A DNA stretch of 55,310 nt from positions 1-55,310 of the IMG/VR virus record IMGVR_UViG_3300031839_002055; one strand, written 5' to 3'. The DNA is from a virus (taxonomy: Duplodnaviria; Caudoviricetes). Below the pieces are notes generated by a model. The model ran no database searches, was not told the origin of the DNA, and saw only the letters and a list, made by a program, of their open reading frames with translations. A program made the position numbers and the translations under genes. Positions 36,223 to 44,985 of this stretch are shown here, in pieces; position 1 is the stretch's first letter, and the number at the start of each line of letters is the position of its first letter.

Positions 36223-36297
36223 TACAACGCAAAGTTACAGGGATGCAGAGGATTTTACAAGGGAGAATTGCAATGCCAGTTACAACCGGCGGTTGTA
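36223..36297. promoter_or_regulatory. OR operators (TACAA-N7-TTGYA)
   Basis: Sites at 36281..36297 (perfect arms), 36256..36272 and degenerate 36223..36239. Confidence 0.75.
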
Positions 36298-36308
36298 TCG
36301 TTAGCGGC

Positions 36309-36974
36309 ATGAACAGCATCGGAAAACGCATCGCGCTCTTGCGCGAACTGAAGGGCTGGAACCAGTCGGAACTGGCCCGCGAAATGAAGGTTACGCCCCA
36401 GTCTGTACAGGCATGGGAGGCCGGAAAGAACGTGCCTCGTCAGCAGAAAATGACAAGGCTTGCCGAGGTTCTTGGCGTGAGTGTCGGCGAGCTGATGAGC
36501 GACGATGCGATTGAGGGTGAATTCCAGCGCATCACTGGCCAACTCGAATCGAACGTTGAGCAAGGCCCGCCAATCGTCAGCCCCTACCGCGCTATCCCTA
36601 TCGTCGGCACTGCGCAGATGGGCGCCGATGGCTACTGGTATGCCCTGGAAGAAGGGGAAGGCTACGTTGATGTGCCATCCAAAGACCCTGGCGCCTACGC
36701 CCTTCGCCTGCGCGGCGATTCGATGGCTCCCGCTATCCGTTCTGGCTGGATCGCAGTCTGTGAGCCAAACGGCAGGCTTGTGCCTGGCGAGTACGTGATG
36801 ATCCGGCTAGTCGACGGCGAATGCATGCTCAAGGAGCTGCTATACGCGAACGACGAAGAGGTCAGCGTGATGTCGCTCAATCCCGCATACAGCCGGCGCA
36901 CGATTCCGATGGAACAGATTGAGCAGATGCACTACGTGGGCCATATCGTGGCGCCGAGCAAGGTTAGGGTGTAA
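36309..36974 (+). CDS. cI: CI repressor (HTH plus S24 autopeptidase)
   Basis: HTH QSELAREM..SVQAWE; GDSM and LKEL catalytic motifs; start taken at MNSIGK. Confidence 0.92.
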   Translation: MNSIGKRIALLRELKGWNQSELAREMKVTPQSVQAWEAGKNVPRQQKMTRLAEVLGVSVGELMSDDAIEGEFQRITGQLESNVEQGPPIVSPYRAIPIVGTAQMGADGYWYALEEGEGYVDVPSKDPGAYALRLRGDSMAPAIRSGWIAVCEPNGRLVPGEYVMIRLVDGECMLKELLYANDEEVSVMSLNPAYSRRTIPMEQIEQMHYVGHIVAPSKVRV

Positions 36975-37000
36975 CCACAGCGCAGGGAAGCAAATCTGGT

Positions 37001-37519
37001 ATGGCAAAGCAGAAAACCATCCCCTACGAAGAGGCCAGGCAGGCCATAGATGCGCTAAAGGTCTGGCCGTCCAGCGCCGCTCTTGCTTGGAAAAAACCCG
37101 CGACAAAGAAGATGCCTTCTCCGTACAGCTTCCGGACATCGCTGGCGCTGGATATCGAGCAAACCAAGTTCGCAGAAGACTGGTTTGTCGAGCTGTACTA
37201 CAAGAAGAGCCCTGTGCCCGGAGTTCGCGACACCCTGTCGATCACGTTCATTGTGAACAAGGCGCGCATCATAGCCATCGACGACAACGGCCCAAGCTCG
37301 CACATGAACAAGGTCGGAGTTGGATTGCCGTTTTATCAGAAGGTGGCCGATCACCCGCACCTGCATATCCCCATCCCAGAAGCGTCCTATGGCTACGCAG
37401 AACCTCTGAGCGGCACTACCGTCCAGGCTATGTGGGAGCTATTCTTGACCAAGGCAAACATCACCAACGCTCCGCGCTTTGAGCTGCCGGAATTCGGCCA
37501 AATGGGATTGAACGTATGA
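37001..37519 (+). CDS. Hypothetical protein with His-rich motif, partner of the DUF1828-like gene
   Basis: SHMN...DHPHLH; ATGA-coupled to the next gene. Confidence 0.7.
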   Translation: MAKQKTIPYEEARQAIDALKVWPSSAALAWKKPATKKMPSPYSFRTSLALDIEQTKFAEDWFVELYYKKSPVPGVRDTLSITFIVNKARIIAIDDNGPSSHMNKVGVGLPFYQKVADHPHLHIPIPEASYGYAEPLSGTTVQAMWELFLTKANITNAPRFELPEFGQMGLNV

Positions 37520-38271
37520 ACTGCACACTGATCGGCGCCCAGCTTGGATTCAAGTGCAAGCCTGTGGCTGATGGGCTGTTCTACCTCGAATCCCCTCTAA
37601 CTCTCCCCTTCGACGGCAACCTGATCGGCGCGTATATCCAAGATATTGGCAATGGGCATGTGCGCATAAGCGACAATGCCGACACGCTTTTCGTGGCCAT
37701 GACTCATGGCGTAAAGCCAACGGCTGAGCGAGGGCGAAAGATGGCCGAGCTGGTCGCGTCCAGCGGAATGGAGCTGTCCGACCAGGGCGAAATCTTCAAG
37801 GCCTGCCCGGAAAGCCAGCTTGGGTTCTACCTCGCCCGCTTCATTGAGGCTGCCGAGTACGTGGGATTCGCCTGTAACAAGATGCGCCCCTCGCCAATGT
37901 CGCGATTCGACCAGGTTGTGGGTTCAGCGCTGAAGAAGGCATACCCAAAGAATCTGAAGACTGACTACAAGATCATTGGCGCTAGCGGCCACCAGCTAAC
38001 CCTTCCCTTCGCTATTGAGGTCGAGGGCGGGAAGACGGCTCTGATCCAGACCGTTTCAAATAAAGATGGCAAGGTGGACTGGAGTCTTGTCTATCGCGCG
38101 GTAGGGAAAATGCTAGATATCAAGAATGCTCATGAGGACACCGCACGGCACGTCATCTTGGAACCTGGCGATGAAGATGACAGCCGAAAAGCGGCGACAG
38201 CTCTCGCCGACGCAGCCTCCGTAATCATCTACGCCGGACCGCAACACCTGGTGGCGTCCCTCGCCGCCTAA
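37516..38271 (+). CDS. DUF1828/DUF1829-like protein
   Basis: PLTLPFDG, RISDNADT, GASGHQ. Confidence 0.7.
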   Translation: MNCTLIGAQLGFKCKPVADGLFYLESPLTLPFDGNLIGAYIQDIGNGHVRISDNADTLFVAMTHGVKPTAERGRKMAELVASSGMELSDQGEIFKACPESQLGFYLARFIEAAEYVGFACNKMRPSPMSRFDQVVGSALKKAYPKNLKTDYKIIGASGHQLTLPFAIEVEGGKTALIQTVSNKDGKVDWSLVYRAVGKMLDIKNAHEDTARHVILEPGDEDDSRKAATALADAASVIIYAGPQHLVASLAA

Positions 38272-38273
38272 CC

Positions 38274-38299
38274 AAGCCCCGCACCACGCGGGGCTTTTT
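38274..38299 (+). terminator. Terminator ending the cI operon
   Basis: AAGCCCCGC-ACCAC-GCGGGGCTT followed by TTT. Confidence 0.8.
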
Positions 38300-38398
38300 G
38301 TATCTGCAGCACCCTCTCCTACTTTGGTCTGAGCCACTTCTTTACATGTGGCAACGGGCCACCATGTTTCTTCTTGCCCGGTGAAACCCTCACAATTA

Positions 38399-38414
38399 CT
38401 GTGTGGATATCCAG
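38399..38414 (+). promoter_or_regulatory. Putative LexA (SOS) box CTGTGTGGATATCCAG
   Basis: Fits CTG-N10-CAG; just before the AAGGAGG RBS of the next gene. Confidence 0.6.
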
Positions 38415-38431
38415 CAGTAAGGAGGACCACA

Positions 38432-38689
38432 ATGAATCGGATGCAACCTCAAGCCATTACGCACCACTGCCAGGCATCGACCTATAGCCGCTTGGTGCGC
38501 CGGGTGAACCTAGCGCTGACGGCGCCAACAGCTCAGCGCGAACGCCAGGCAAACCTCAGGCCTGGGCCGGATGATCGCCCTGAAGACTGGGAGCGCCTTC
38601 TTGAAGAGATCGAGCAGGCCGACAACGTGACCATGCGACGAAGGCCAGATGGAAGCGTGCACGTCATCTGGCGGTGCGCAAGCTGCTAG
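38432..38689 (+). CDS. DUF1654-like protein
   Basis: YSRLVRRV..APTAQ..DWERLLEEI..DGSVHVIW; strong RBS. Confidence 0.7.
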   Translation: MNRMQPQAITHHCQASTYSRLVRRVNLALTAPTAQRERQANLRPGPDDRPEDWERLLEEIEQADNVTMRRRPDGSVHVIWRCASC

Positions 38690-38774
38690 CTGCATGCTTG
38701 CATTTCATGTTTGACATGCTTGCTTAGCGGTGGCCAAATGCAAGCACAGACAACTGTGCGAGGATTTTGCAAGC

Positions 38775-39788
38775 ATGAGCGAGCCAACCGGAAAGGCCAA
38801 AGGAGGAGTCGCGCGCGCCCATGCGCTAACGGCTGACGAGAGGAAGGATATCGCCAAGAAGGCTGCGGAGGCCCGTTGGGCTGCGCCAAAGGCGTTATAC
38901 GTCGGAGAGCTGTCTATCGGGGAGCTAACCATTGATTGCGCAGTTCTGCCAGACGGCACGCGAGTGCTCTCGCAACGCGGAGTCGGTCGGGCGCTTGGTC
39001 GCAGCTATGGTGGCAAAGACTTCCGCGTCTCCGGCGACGAAGATGCCGGTGGGAAACTACCCTTTTTCATGAATGCAAACACCCTAAAACCCTTTATTTC
39101 CAGTGAGTTAGCGGCGCTGGTCTCAAAGCCAATTCCGTATCGACACGAGCAAGGCGGCGGCGTGGCGCACGGTATAAGCGCAAGCGCCCTTCCCCAGATA
39201 TGCGAAGTTTGGCTCAAGGCAAGGGAGGCTGGCGGGCTTACCAAGGTTCAGCTACCAATGGCGGCAAAGGCCGAAATAATCATGCGCGGCCTGGCGCACA
39301 TTGGCATCACCGCGCTTGTCGATGAGGCCACCGGTTACCAAGAGGTCCGCGACAAGCAGGCGCTCCAAGCGATCCTCGACCAGTACCTGCGCAAGGAGCT
39401 GGCTGCATGGGCTAAGCGGTTTCCAGACGAATTCTATTCTCAGATGTTCAGACTGAAAGGCTGGCAGCGCAAAGACCTAAGCTCGCCTTCGCGGCGCCCA
39501 GGTGCTGCTGGGATGTACACCAATGATCTGGTCTACGAGCGGCTGGCTCCGAACATCCTTGCAGAGCTTGAGGCGCGCAATCCAAAGGACGCTAAAGGCA
39601 ATAGGAGAGGCAAACACCACCAGCTTCTAACCGATGATGTAGGGCACCCGGCGCTAGCGCAGCACCTGCACGCACTGATCGCTCTAATGCGTGCCTCGCC
39701 TTCCTGGGACCAGTTCATGCTTATGGTCAACACAGCCTTCCCCAAAAAGAACGACACCCTGCTGCTGGACTTGCAGCCCTGCGATTAG
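38775..39788 (+). CDS. P63C-domain protein
   Basis: CAVLPDGTRVLSQRG, GITALVDEATGYQ, WAKRFPDEFY, KHHQLL. Confidence 0.8.
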   Translation: MSEPTGKAKGGVARAHALTADERKDIAKKAAEARWAAPKALYVGELSIGELTIDCAVLPDGTRVLSQRGVGRALGRSYGGKDFRVSGDEDAGGKLPFFMNANTLKPFISSELAALVSKPIPYRHEQGGGVAHGISASALPQICEVWLKAREAGGLTKVQLPMAAKAEIIMRGLAHIGITALVDEATGYQEVRDKQALQAILDQYLRKELAAWAKRFPDEFYSQMFRLKGWQRKDLSSPSRRPGAAGMYTNDLVYERLAPNILAELEARNPKDAKGNRRGKHHQLLTDDVGHPALAQHLHALIALMRASPSWDQFMLMVNTAFPKKNDTLLLDLQPCD

Positions 39789-39809
39789 TCGCGGGAACAC
39801 TGACACCCT

Positions 39810-39836
39810 AGCCCGCCACTGAGCGGGCTTTTCTTT
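39810..39836 (+). terminator. Terminator before pL
   Basis: AGCCCGC-CACTGA-GCGGGCT followed by TTTCTTT. Confidence 0.75.
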
Positions 39837-39845
39837 GAAGAAAAT

Positions 39846-39886
39846 TACAATTTCCACTTGCAAGCTACAATTTCTAGTTGTAATGT
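39846..39886 (+). promoter_or_regulatory. pL promoter with OL operators
   Basis: TACAA-N7-TTGYA at 39846..39862 and 39866..39882 overlapping TTGCAA-17 bp-TAATGT. Confidence 0.8.
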
Positions 39887-39916
39887 TCACCCATCGAAGC
39901 GAAACACAGCGACGAC

Positions 39917-39956
39917 AGGCCGAGAGGCCTCGGGGCAACCCGAAACGCTCTTTAAA
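39917..39956 (+). promoter_or_regulatory. nut-like antitermination site: two GNRA hairpins plus boxA
   Basis: AGGCC-GAGA-GGCCT, CGGG-GCAA-CCCG, then CGCTCTTTAA. Confidence 0.65.
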
Positions 39957-40203
39957 ACTGAAGCGCAACAACCAAACAGACCGCATTGCCTCTGCTGGCG
40001 ACCGGCGATCAGACAGCCCCGAAAGGCTGCCCACGCGAGGAAGAACCTCGACGGCTGACGATGGCATAGCCAGAACCGTGCGAATGACCCAGCACGCAAT
40101 GCAAAGCGCCTAGATCCCCAGGGCGTGTAAGGGGAGTGACTTTCACTGATGCCCGTTGGAGACAGCGGGCATTGGGAAAGCAGCAAAACCAAGGAGAACC
40201 ACG

Positions 40204-40572
40204 ATGGACACGATCCAAATTGATGGTTGGCAAGGACGCCTCGGCGAAGGCCTGGCCCCACGCCAGTTGCTGGCCGTTCTCTGGGCAGCGACAGACAAGA
40301 CGGCAAAGGAAATCGCCCGGCTGATGGACTGCAGCCACTACACGGTCAAGCAGCAGCTCGACGACGCCCGATTCAAGCTCGGCAACCAGCGCACCACTCG
40401 CGGCCTCTGCCTTGAAGCCATGCGCCGGGGAATCATCGCCCCGCTGGTCCTGGCGTTATTGGTAGGCGCCGAGCACAACCCGCAGGTTCGCCCGACTCGC
40501 CGGCCAGAGGCTCCACGCTCTCAGGTGGTAGTGAGAGCGCAGCGGATGGAAGAGGCGCAGTTGGCGGCTTAA
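40204..40572 (+). CDS. LuxR-type HTH regulator
   Basis: LAPRQ..TAKEIARLMDCSHYTVKQQL..KLG. Confidence 0.8.
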   Translation: MDTIQIDGWQGRLGEGLAPRQLLAVLWAATDKTAKEIARLMDCSHYTVKQQLDDARFKLGNQRTTRGLCLEAMRRGIIAPLVLALLVGAEHNPQVRPTRRPEAPRSQVVVRAQRMEEAQLAA

Positions 40573-40601
40573 CAGCAATCGAATATCGCCGGAGTGGAAC
40601 G

Positions 40602-40793
40602 ATGAACAAAGGTATTGGCAGCTTCAAGTTCGTGAACAACTCGAACAGTGACATTCGAGTTATCCAGCCTGTTTTTGATGATGCGTACGTGACCGGCGCT
40701 CTGCCTGATGATTACGCAGACCTGTTCACCATCGAAATCCTAAATGGCTACAACGAAGACGGAACCGACCGCATGGTAATTGACCACGCCTAA
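40602..40793 (+). CDS. Hypothetical protein
   Basis: GGAG RBS; fills an operon gap. Confidence 0.45.
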   Translation: MNKGIGSFKFVNNSNSDIRVIQPVFDDAYVTGALPDDYADLFTIEILNGYNEDGTDRMVIDHA

Positions 40794-40851
40794 CCCCACC
40801 CCCGCAGCTTGGCGACAGGCTGCAGCGGGGATTAACAGAATGGAGAGAGAG

Positions 40852-41175
40852 ATGAGTACATACGTTGTTTGGTGCCCGGACCTGGGCCAGGAGCAGGAAG
40901 ACGGCGCGACGATCACGGCGACTGACCCCGCCGATGCGGCAGAAGGGTGGGCGGAATGGCACGACCGCAGCAGTGCAGAATATCGGATTGCCAGCGGGCG
41001 CGAGGAGATCGTGATAGTCCGCGACGTGGATACCGGCGAGCAGCGCGAATGGATTGTGCGCGGCGAGGCGATGCCGTACTACACGGCGCAGCCTGGGGAG
41101 TCCGCGACGATCCGGGCGCAGGTGGCGCCGGGCCGGTGGGAGGATGTACCTAGACGTAGCGAGGCAAACAAATGA
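40852..41175 (+). CDS. Hypothetical protein
   Basis: RBS, coupled to the next gene. Confidence 0.55.
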   Translation: MSTYVVWCPDLGQEQEDGATITATDPADAAEGWAEWHDRSSAEYRIASGREEIVIVRDVDTGEQREWIVRGEAMPYYTAQPGESATIRAQVAPGRWEDVPRRSEANK

Positions 41176-41447
41176 AATGGCAGCCGATTGAGACTGCACC
41201 CACAGACGGCACACGCATCTTGCTACGCGGCAGGAACGGCAGGATTGCTGATGGACACTATGGGCAGCCGGATGGGTTTGCAAACCCTAAGCGGTTTGTT
41301 TGGCCGTACATCAATGCAACCCCGACACACTGGGCTCCGCTCGCGTTGATTGCTGCCAGCCCATGCATGTATGCACTGCTTGAAAAGCGAGCTGACCAGG
41401 GAGACGAAGAAGCCAGAAATCTCATAAGGAGAATCAGCAATGGTTAG
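41172..41447 (+). CDS. DUF551-like protein
   Basis: [12 protein letters not shown] ... PTHWAPL. Confidence 0.65.
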   Translation: MKWQPIETAPTDGTRILLRGRNGRIADGHYGQPDGFANPKRFVWPYINATPTHWAPLALIAASPCMYALLEKRADQGDEEARNLIRRISNG

Positions 41448-42003
41448 GCAATGCGAAGTTTGCAAGGCTGATTACAAGCCAAGGAGAGCATCGAGTCGTT
41501 TCTGCTCCCGAAATTGCCTATGGAAGGCAAATGCTCAGCGCGCGCCGCACAACAAGGGCAGCGGCCAAGGGTGGACAGATAAGCGAGGGTATAGGTGGGT
41601 TTACGTCATGGAGAACGGCCGTAGCGTAGCTAGACGCGAGCACCGGGCTCTAATGGAGAAGCATCTAGGGCGAAAGCTTGAGCCATGGGAGCTTGTTCAC
41701 CACAAGGATGGAAACAAAACAAACAACGACATAGCCAATCTTGAGCTGTGCGAGTGGGGCGAGCATACAGCCGAACATCACCGAAACGGACGCAAATCAG
41801 AAGACGCCAGGCGATCAATGGAGGCTTTCGCCCTGATGCGCGAGCAGCTACGACGAGAGCGAGAGGTAAAAGCTGATCTGCTGGAGGCGCTGGAGTCCGC
41901 ACAGATGGCGATTATGGGCTACACGCACCAGAACGCAATAACTCTGGCAGCGCTGGAGAAGGCCCGTGCCGCCATCGCCAAGGCCCGCGGCACGCCATGC
42001 TAA
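41440..42003 (+). CDS. HNH endonuclease with N-terminal zinc finger
   Basis: [32 protein letters not shown]. Confidence 0.85.
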   Translation: MVRQCEVCKADYKPRRASSRFCSRNCLWKANAQRAPHNKGSGQGWTDKRGYRWVYVMENGRSVARREHRALMEKHLGRKLEPWELVHHKDGNKTNNDIANLELCEWGEHTAEHHRNGRKSEDARRSMEAFALMREQLRREREVKADLLEALESAQMAIMGYTHQNAITLAALEKARAAIAKARGTPC

Positions 42004-42091
42004 CCGGCCCCGAAGTCATGATCATTTGCGGCGTATTGGCAGCGCTGTACATGTGGGATTGGTGGAGAAGGAATTGGAAAGGAGAGAAGTG

Positions 42092-42400
42092 ATGGAAGAT
42101 CGAGAATTGCTTGAGCTGGCAGCAAAAGCGGCCGGGATTAATCATCCAGGAGGCGAGCACTGCGTTAACGGTCCAGCAGTATGGGACTGTGACGCGCTAC
42201 GCTGGTGGCGACCTCTCACCGATGATGGCGATGCGCTACGCCTGGCGGTGAGGCTAGGAATTCAGCTGCACTTCGAGGGCGGCGAGAAAGACGATGCAGT
42301 TTGGGCGAACGAAACAATGCTGTGGACTGATGGCGACCGCCTCTCAGCCACCCGCCGCGCCATCGTCCGCGCAGCCGCCGAGATCGGCCGCACCAAGTAA
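42092..42400 (+). CDS. Conserved phage hypothetical protein
   Basis: DRELLELAAKAAG, WRPLTDDGDALRLAV, TRRAIVRAAAEIG. Confidence 0.7.
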   Translation: MEDRELLELAAKAAGINHPGGEHCVNGPAVWDCDALRWWRPLTDDGDALRLAVRLGIQLHFEGGEKDDAVWANETMLWTDGDRLSATRRAIVRAAAEIGRTK

Positions 42401-42771
42401 CACCCCCGCCTGAACCCGCCAGGCCAGACCCCAAGGTCTGCGATAACCGTAGGCGCGCGGTGCTGGTAGCGCAATGACCATCAGCTGGAGCCGATCCGGC
42501 AGCACGGAAGACAACTCCTGCCTAGCGCCTGCCGGGAATCGGTAGCAGGCCGAATGGCTCACGTAACGAGCCTGCATCGGAGAGGGATTGGCGGCAGGCA
42601 AGTGCTTCGGGCGGCTCCCTGTCGTGGCTTCGATCCCTCTCCGATGCAGTGGATTCGCCGCAATCGGTATATCCGAGGGAAAACCGGAAACGGATAAAAG
42701 CTGGACTTCGGCAGCCAGCCACACCTGCATCACCCATTCCCCCGCCCATCCGGGCAACCGAGGTATCCACC

Positions 42772-43134
42772 ATGAAGCACTACGGACCCATAGGGCGCCG
42801 CGAACAGCCGTGCCCGGATGACAGCGTTTCGATTAAAGAAGCGATCCACGAACAGCTCGACGAGCTCGAGCCCAGCATCGTCGCCGCCTACGCAGAGTTC
42901 GTTGCGGACAAGGTTGAGGTGCCGGTCGAGATGGCCGCCTCGCTGATCCTGGAGATGGGCGTCAGATGGCGCTGGGAGAGCACGCAGGCCGCCATAGGGC
43001 AGCGTAACCCATGGCTTGCACTGGCGCTGTCCGAACTCGTCACGAGCATCCACGAGCTAAAGGATGCATTCATCGAACACCACGCGGCGCAGTTGCGCAG
43101 CAAGGCAGAGCAGATCAAGCAGGAGGCGGCATGA
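42772..43134 (+). CDS. Hypothetical protein
   Basis: GAGG RBS; ATGA-coupled to the next gene. Confidence 0.6.
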   Translation: MKHYGPIGRREQPCPDDSVSIKEAIHEQLDELEPSIVAAYAEFVADKVEVPVEMAASLILEMGVRWRWESTQAAIGQRNPWLALALSELVTSIHELKDAFIEHHAAQLRSKAEQIKQEAA

Positions 43135-43487
43135 ACAAGGAAGCAGTGCGTTATCTAGTGAAGGCCGGGAGCGAGTGCAGCGAAATGGTTTATGCCTCCG
43201 ACTACGACGCCCTTCTCGCTGAGCGGGATCGGCTGCGGGAGGACCGAGATAGCCAGCAGCGCGTGTGCATCGCTGAAATGGAGAAGGTCAACCAGCTCCG
43301 AGCTGAGGCCGAGGCGCTGAAGAAAGATGCCGAGCGGTATCGGTGGCTGCGGATGGCCGACTGGTGGAACAGCCCGCTATGCGTCATTCGCGATCCGAAG
43401 CAACAAGCCAAGCCGGGGACTGACTGCCCAAGCCGAGATCGCCTAGACGAAGCGATAGACGCCGCCCAGCAAGGAGCCCAGCCATGA
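43131..43487 (+). CDS. Ead/Ea22-like coiled-coil protein
   Basis: KDAERYRWLR, LDEAIDAA. Confidence 0.6.
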   Translation: MNKEAVRYLVKAGSECSEMVYASDYDALLAERDRLREDRDSQQRVCIAEMEKVNQLRAEAEALKKDAERYRWLRMADWWNSPLCVIRDPKQQAKPGTDCPSRDRLDEAIDAAQQGAQP

Positions 43488-43703
43488 ACGCCTACGTCCT
43501 CAAGGAGCTGGCCGGCGCCCTAGGCATCACCGTAGCCGGATCGCTTATCGGAACTCTCGCCTACGTGGCGCTATTGGGGGGTGTGTGATGGCCTCGAACT
43601 ATCAGCGCGCCAGGCGCTACGCATACTGGAAGGGCTTCTCTATCGCCCTGCTCGTTTTCACAGGATGGATATACGTCAGCGCGCTGGCGGGGAGGGTTAC
43701 TGG

Positions 43704-43979
43704 ATGAGCCTTGAAGAACGCAGGAAGGCAATGAATGAGATGGCCGCGCGCATCAACGCTGGCCGCAAGCCGAAGTTCGGCGACCTGATGTGCAATCTGT
43801 GGGCGGGCGACACGAACCCTAACAAGTTCGGAATGTTCGTCCGGCAGCGCCGCGTAACCGGCCGCATGAACCCTGGCCTATGGTTCGAGCTAACCGATGG
43901 CTCCGGGAAGTTCTGGGAAACGAACGGCGAGGCAACCGTGTTTGCCAGTCACCTGAAAGGCGACGAGGTGCTGCCATGA
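43704..43979 (+). CDS. Hypothetical protein
   Basis: ATGA-coupled at both ends. Confidence 0.5.
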   Translation: MSLEERRKAMNEMAARINAGRKPKFGDLMCNLWAGDTNPNKFGMFVRQRRVTGRMNPGLWFELTDGSGKFWETNGEATVFASHLKGDEVLP

Positions 43980-44146
43980 ACCGCACCCTCCCCCTCCCCT
44001 ACGACACCGGCCCGCACGACGACACCCCATCAGGACACAGCTTCGCAGCTGCTTGGTGGACCCTTACCGGGTTCGGCGTCCTTTCCGCAACGCTCGCTTT
44101 CGGCCTAATTGGTGAGGCGGCGATCTTTCACTTCTTTGGAGGTTGA
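43976..44146 (+). CDS. Small membrane protein
   Basis: PSGHSFAAAWW followed by a TM helix. Confidence 0.5.
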   Translation: MNRTLPLPYDTGPHDDTPSGHSFAAAWWTLTGFGVLSATLAFGLIGEAAIFHFFGG

Positions 44147-44148
44147 GC

Positions 44149-44985
44149 ATGAACGCTCCAGTCGAGGCGATCACGCCAGGCTACTACCGCGACCTCAGTA
44201 ACGAGGCCTACCACTGCGGGCCAGGCGTCTCTAAGTCGCAGCTTGACCTGATCCACAAGAGCCCGGCTCTGTACCAGTGGAACAAGGCCGCGCCGGAAGA
44301 CCCGGACAAGTCGAAGGCGCTGGACTTTGGCGATGCGACGCACGCCTACCTGCTGGAGCCTGAGCGGTTCACTGCGCAGTACGCCATAGGGCCGGCCAAC
44401 GCGCCGCGCAACACCAAGGCGGGCAAAGAGGCCTGGGAGGCTTTCGAAGCGACACTGGGCGAAGGCCAAGTTGTGCTCACCGCCGACCAGGGCAAGCAAC
44501 TCGATCTGATCAAGCGCAGCGTCCTGGCTCACCCGCACGCACGCTGGCTGATTGAAACGGAAGGCGACGTAGAGGCAAGCATCTACTGGAACGACCCGCT
44601 GGAAGGCGTGCTGTGCCGCTGCCGGCCAGACAAAGCCATCCCGGCGCTCGGCTGGCTGATGGATCTCAAGACCACCGCCGACATGGCGCGCTTCATCCGC
44701 TACTTCCACGAATACCGCTACCACGTGCAGGACGCCTTCTACAGCGACGGTTACGCCGAGCACTTTGGCGAGCAGCCGGCCGGCTTCGTGTTTCTGGTGG
44801 TCAGCACCAGCATCGACTGCGGCAAGTACCCGGTGCGCCTATTCACGATGGACGCCGAGACGAAAGAGGCTGGCCGCCAAGCGTACCGGCGCGACCTAGC
44901 CACCTATGCCGACTGCCTGCGCAACGACGAATGGCCGTCAATCGAAACACTCACCCTGCCCCATTGGGCAAAGGATCGGATATGA
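44149..44985 (+). CDS. RecE/exonuclease VIII-like PD-(D/E)xK exonuclease
   Basis: YH..GVSKSQLD, CRCRPD, DLKTT, YHVQDAFY. Confidence 0.9.
   Translation: MNAPVEAITPGYYRDLSNEAYHCGPGVSKSQLDLIHKSPALYQWNKAAPEDPDKSKALDFGDATHAYLLEPERFTAQYAIGPANAPRNTKAGKEAWEAFEATLGEGQVVLTADQGKQLDLIKRSVLAHPHARWLIETEGDVEASIYWNDPLEGVLCRCRPDKAIPALGWLMDLKTTADMARFIRYFHEYRYHVQDAFYSDGYAEHFGEQPAGFVFLVVSTSIDCGKYPVRLFTMDAETKEAGRQAYRRDLATYADCLRNDEWPSIETLTLPHWAKDRI

Noticed and set aside
44613..44981. N-terminal extension making a 401-aa recombinase
   Set aside because: Overlaps the exonuclease out of frame with non-protein-like composition; an ATGA-coupled start at 44982 fits better.
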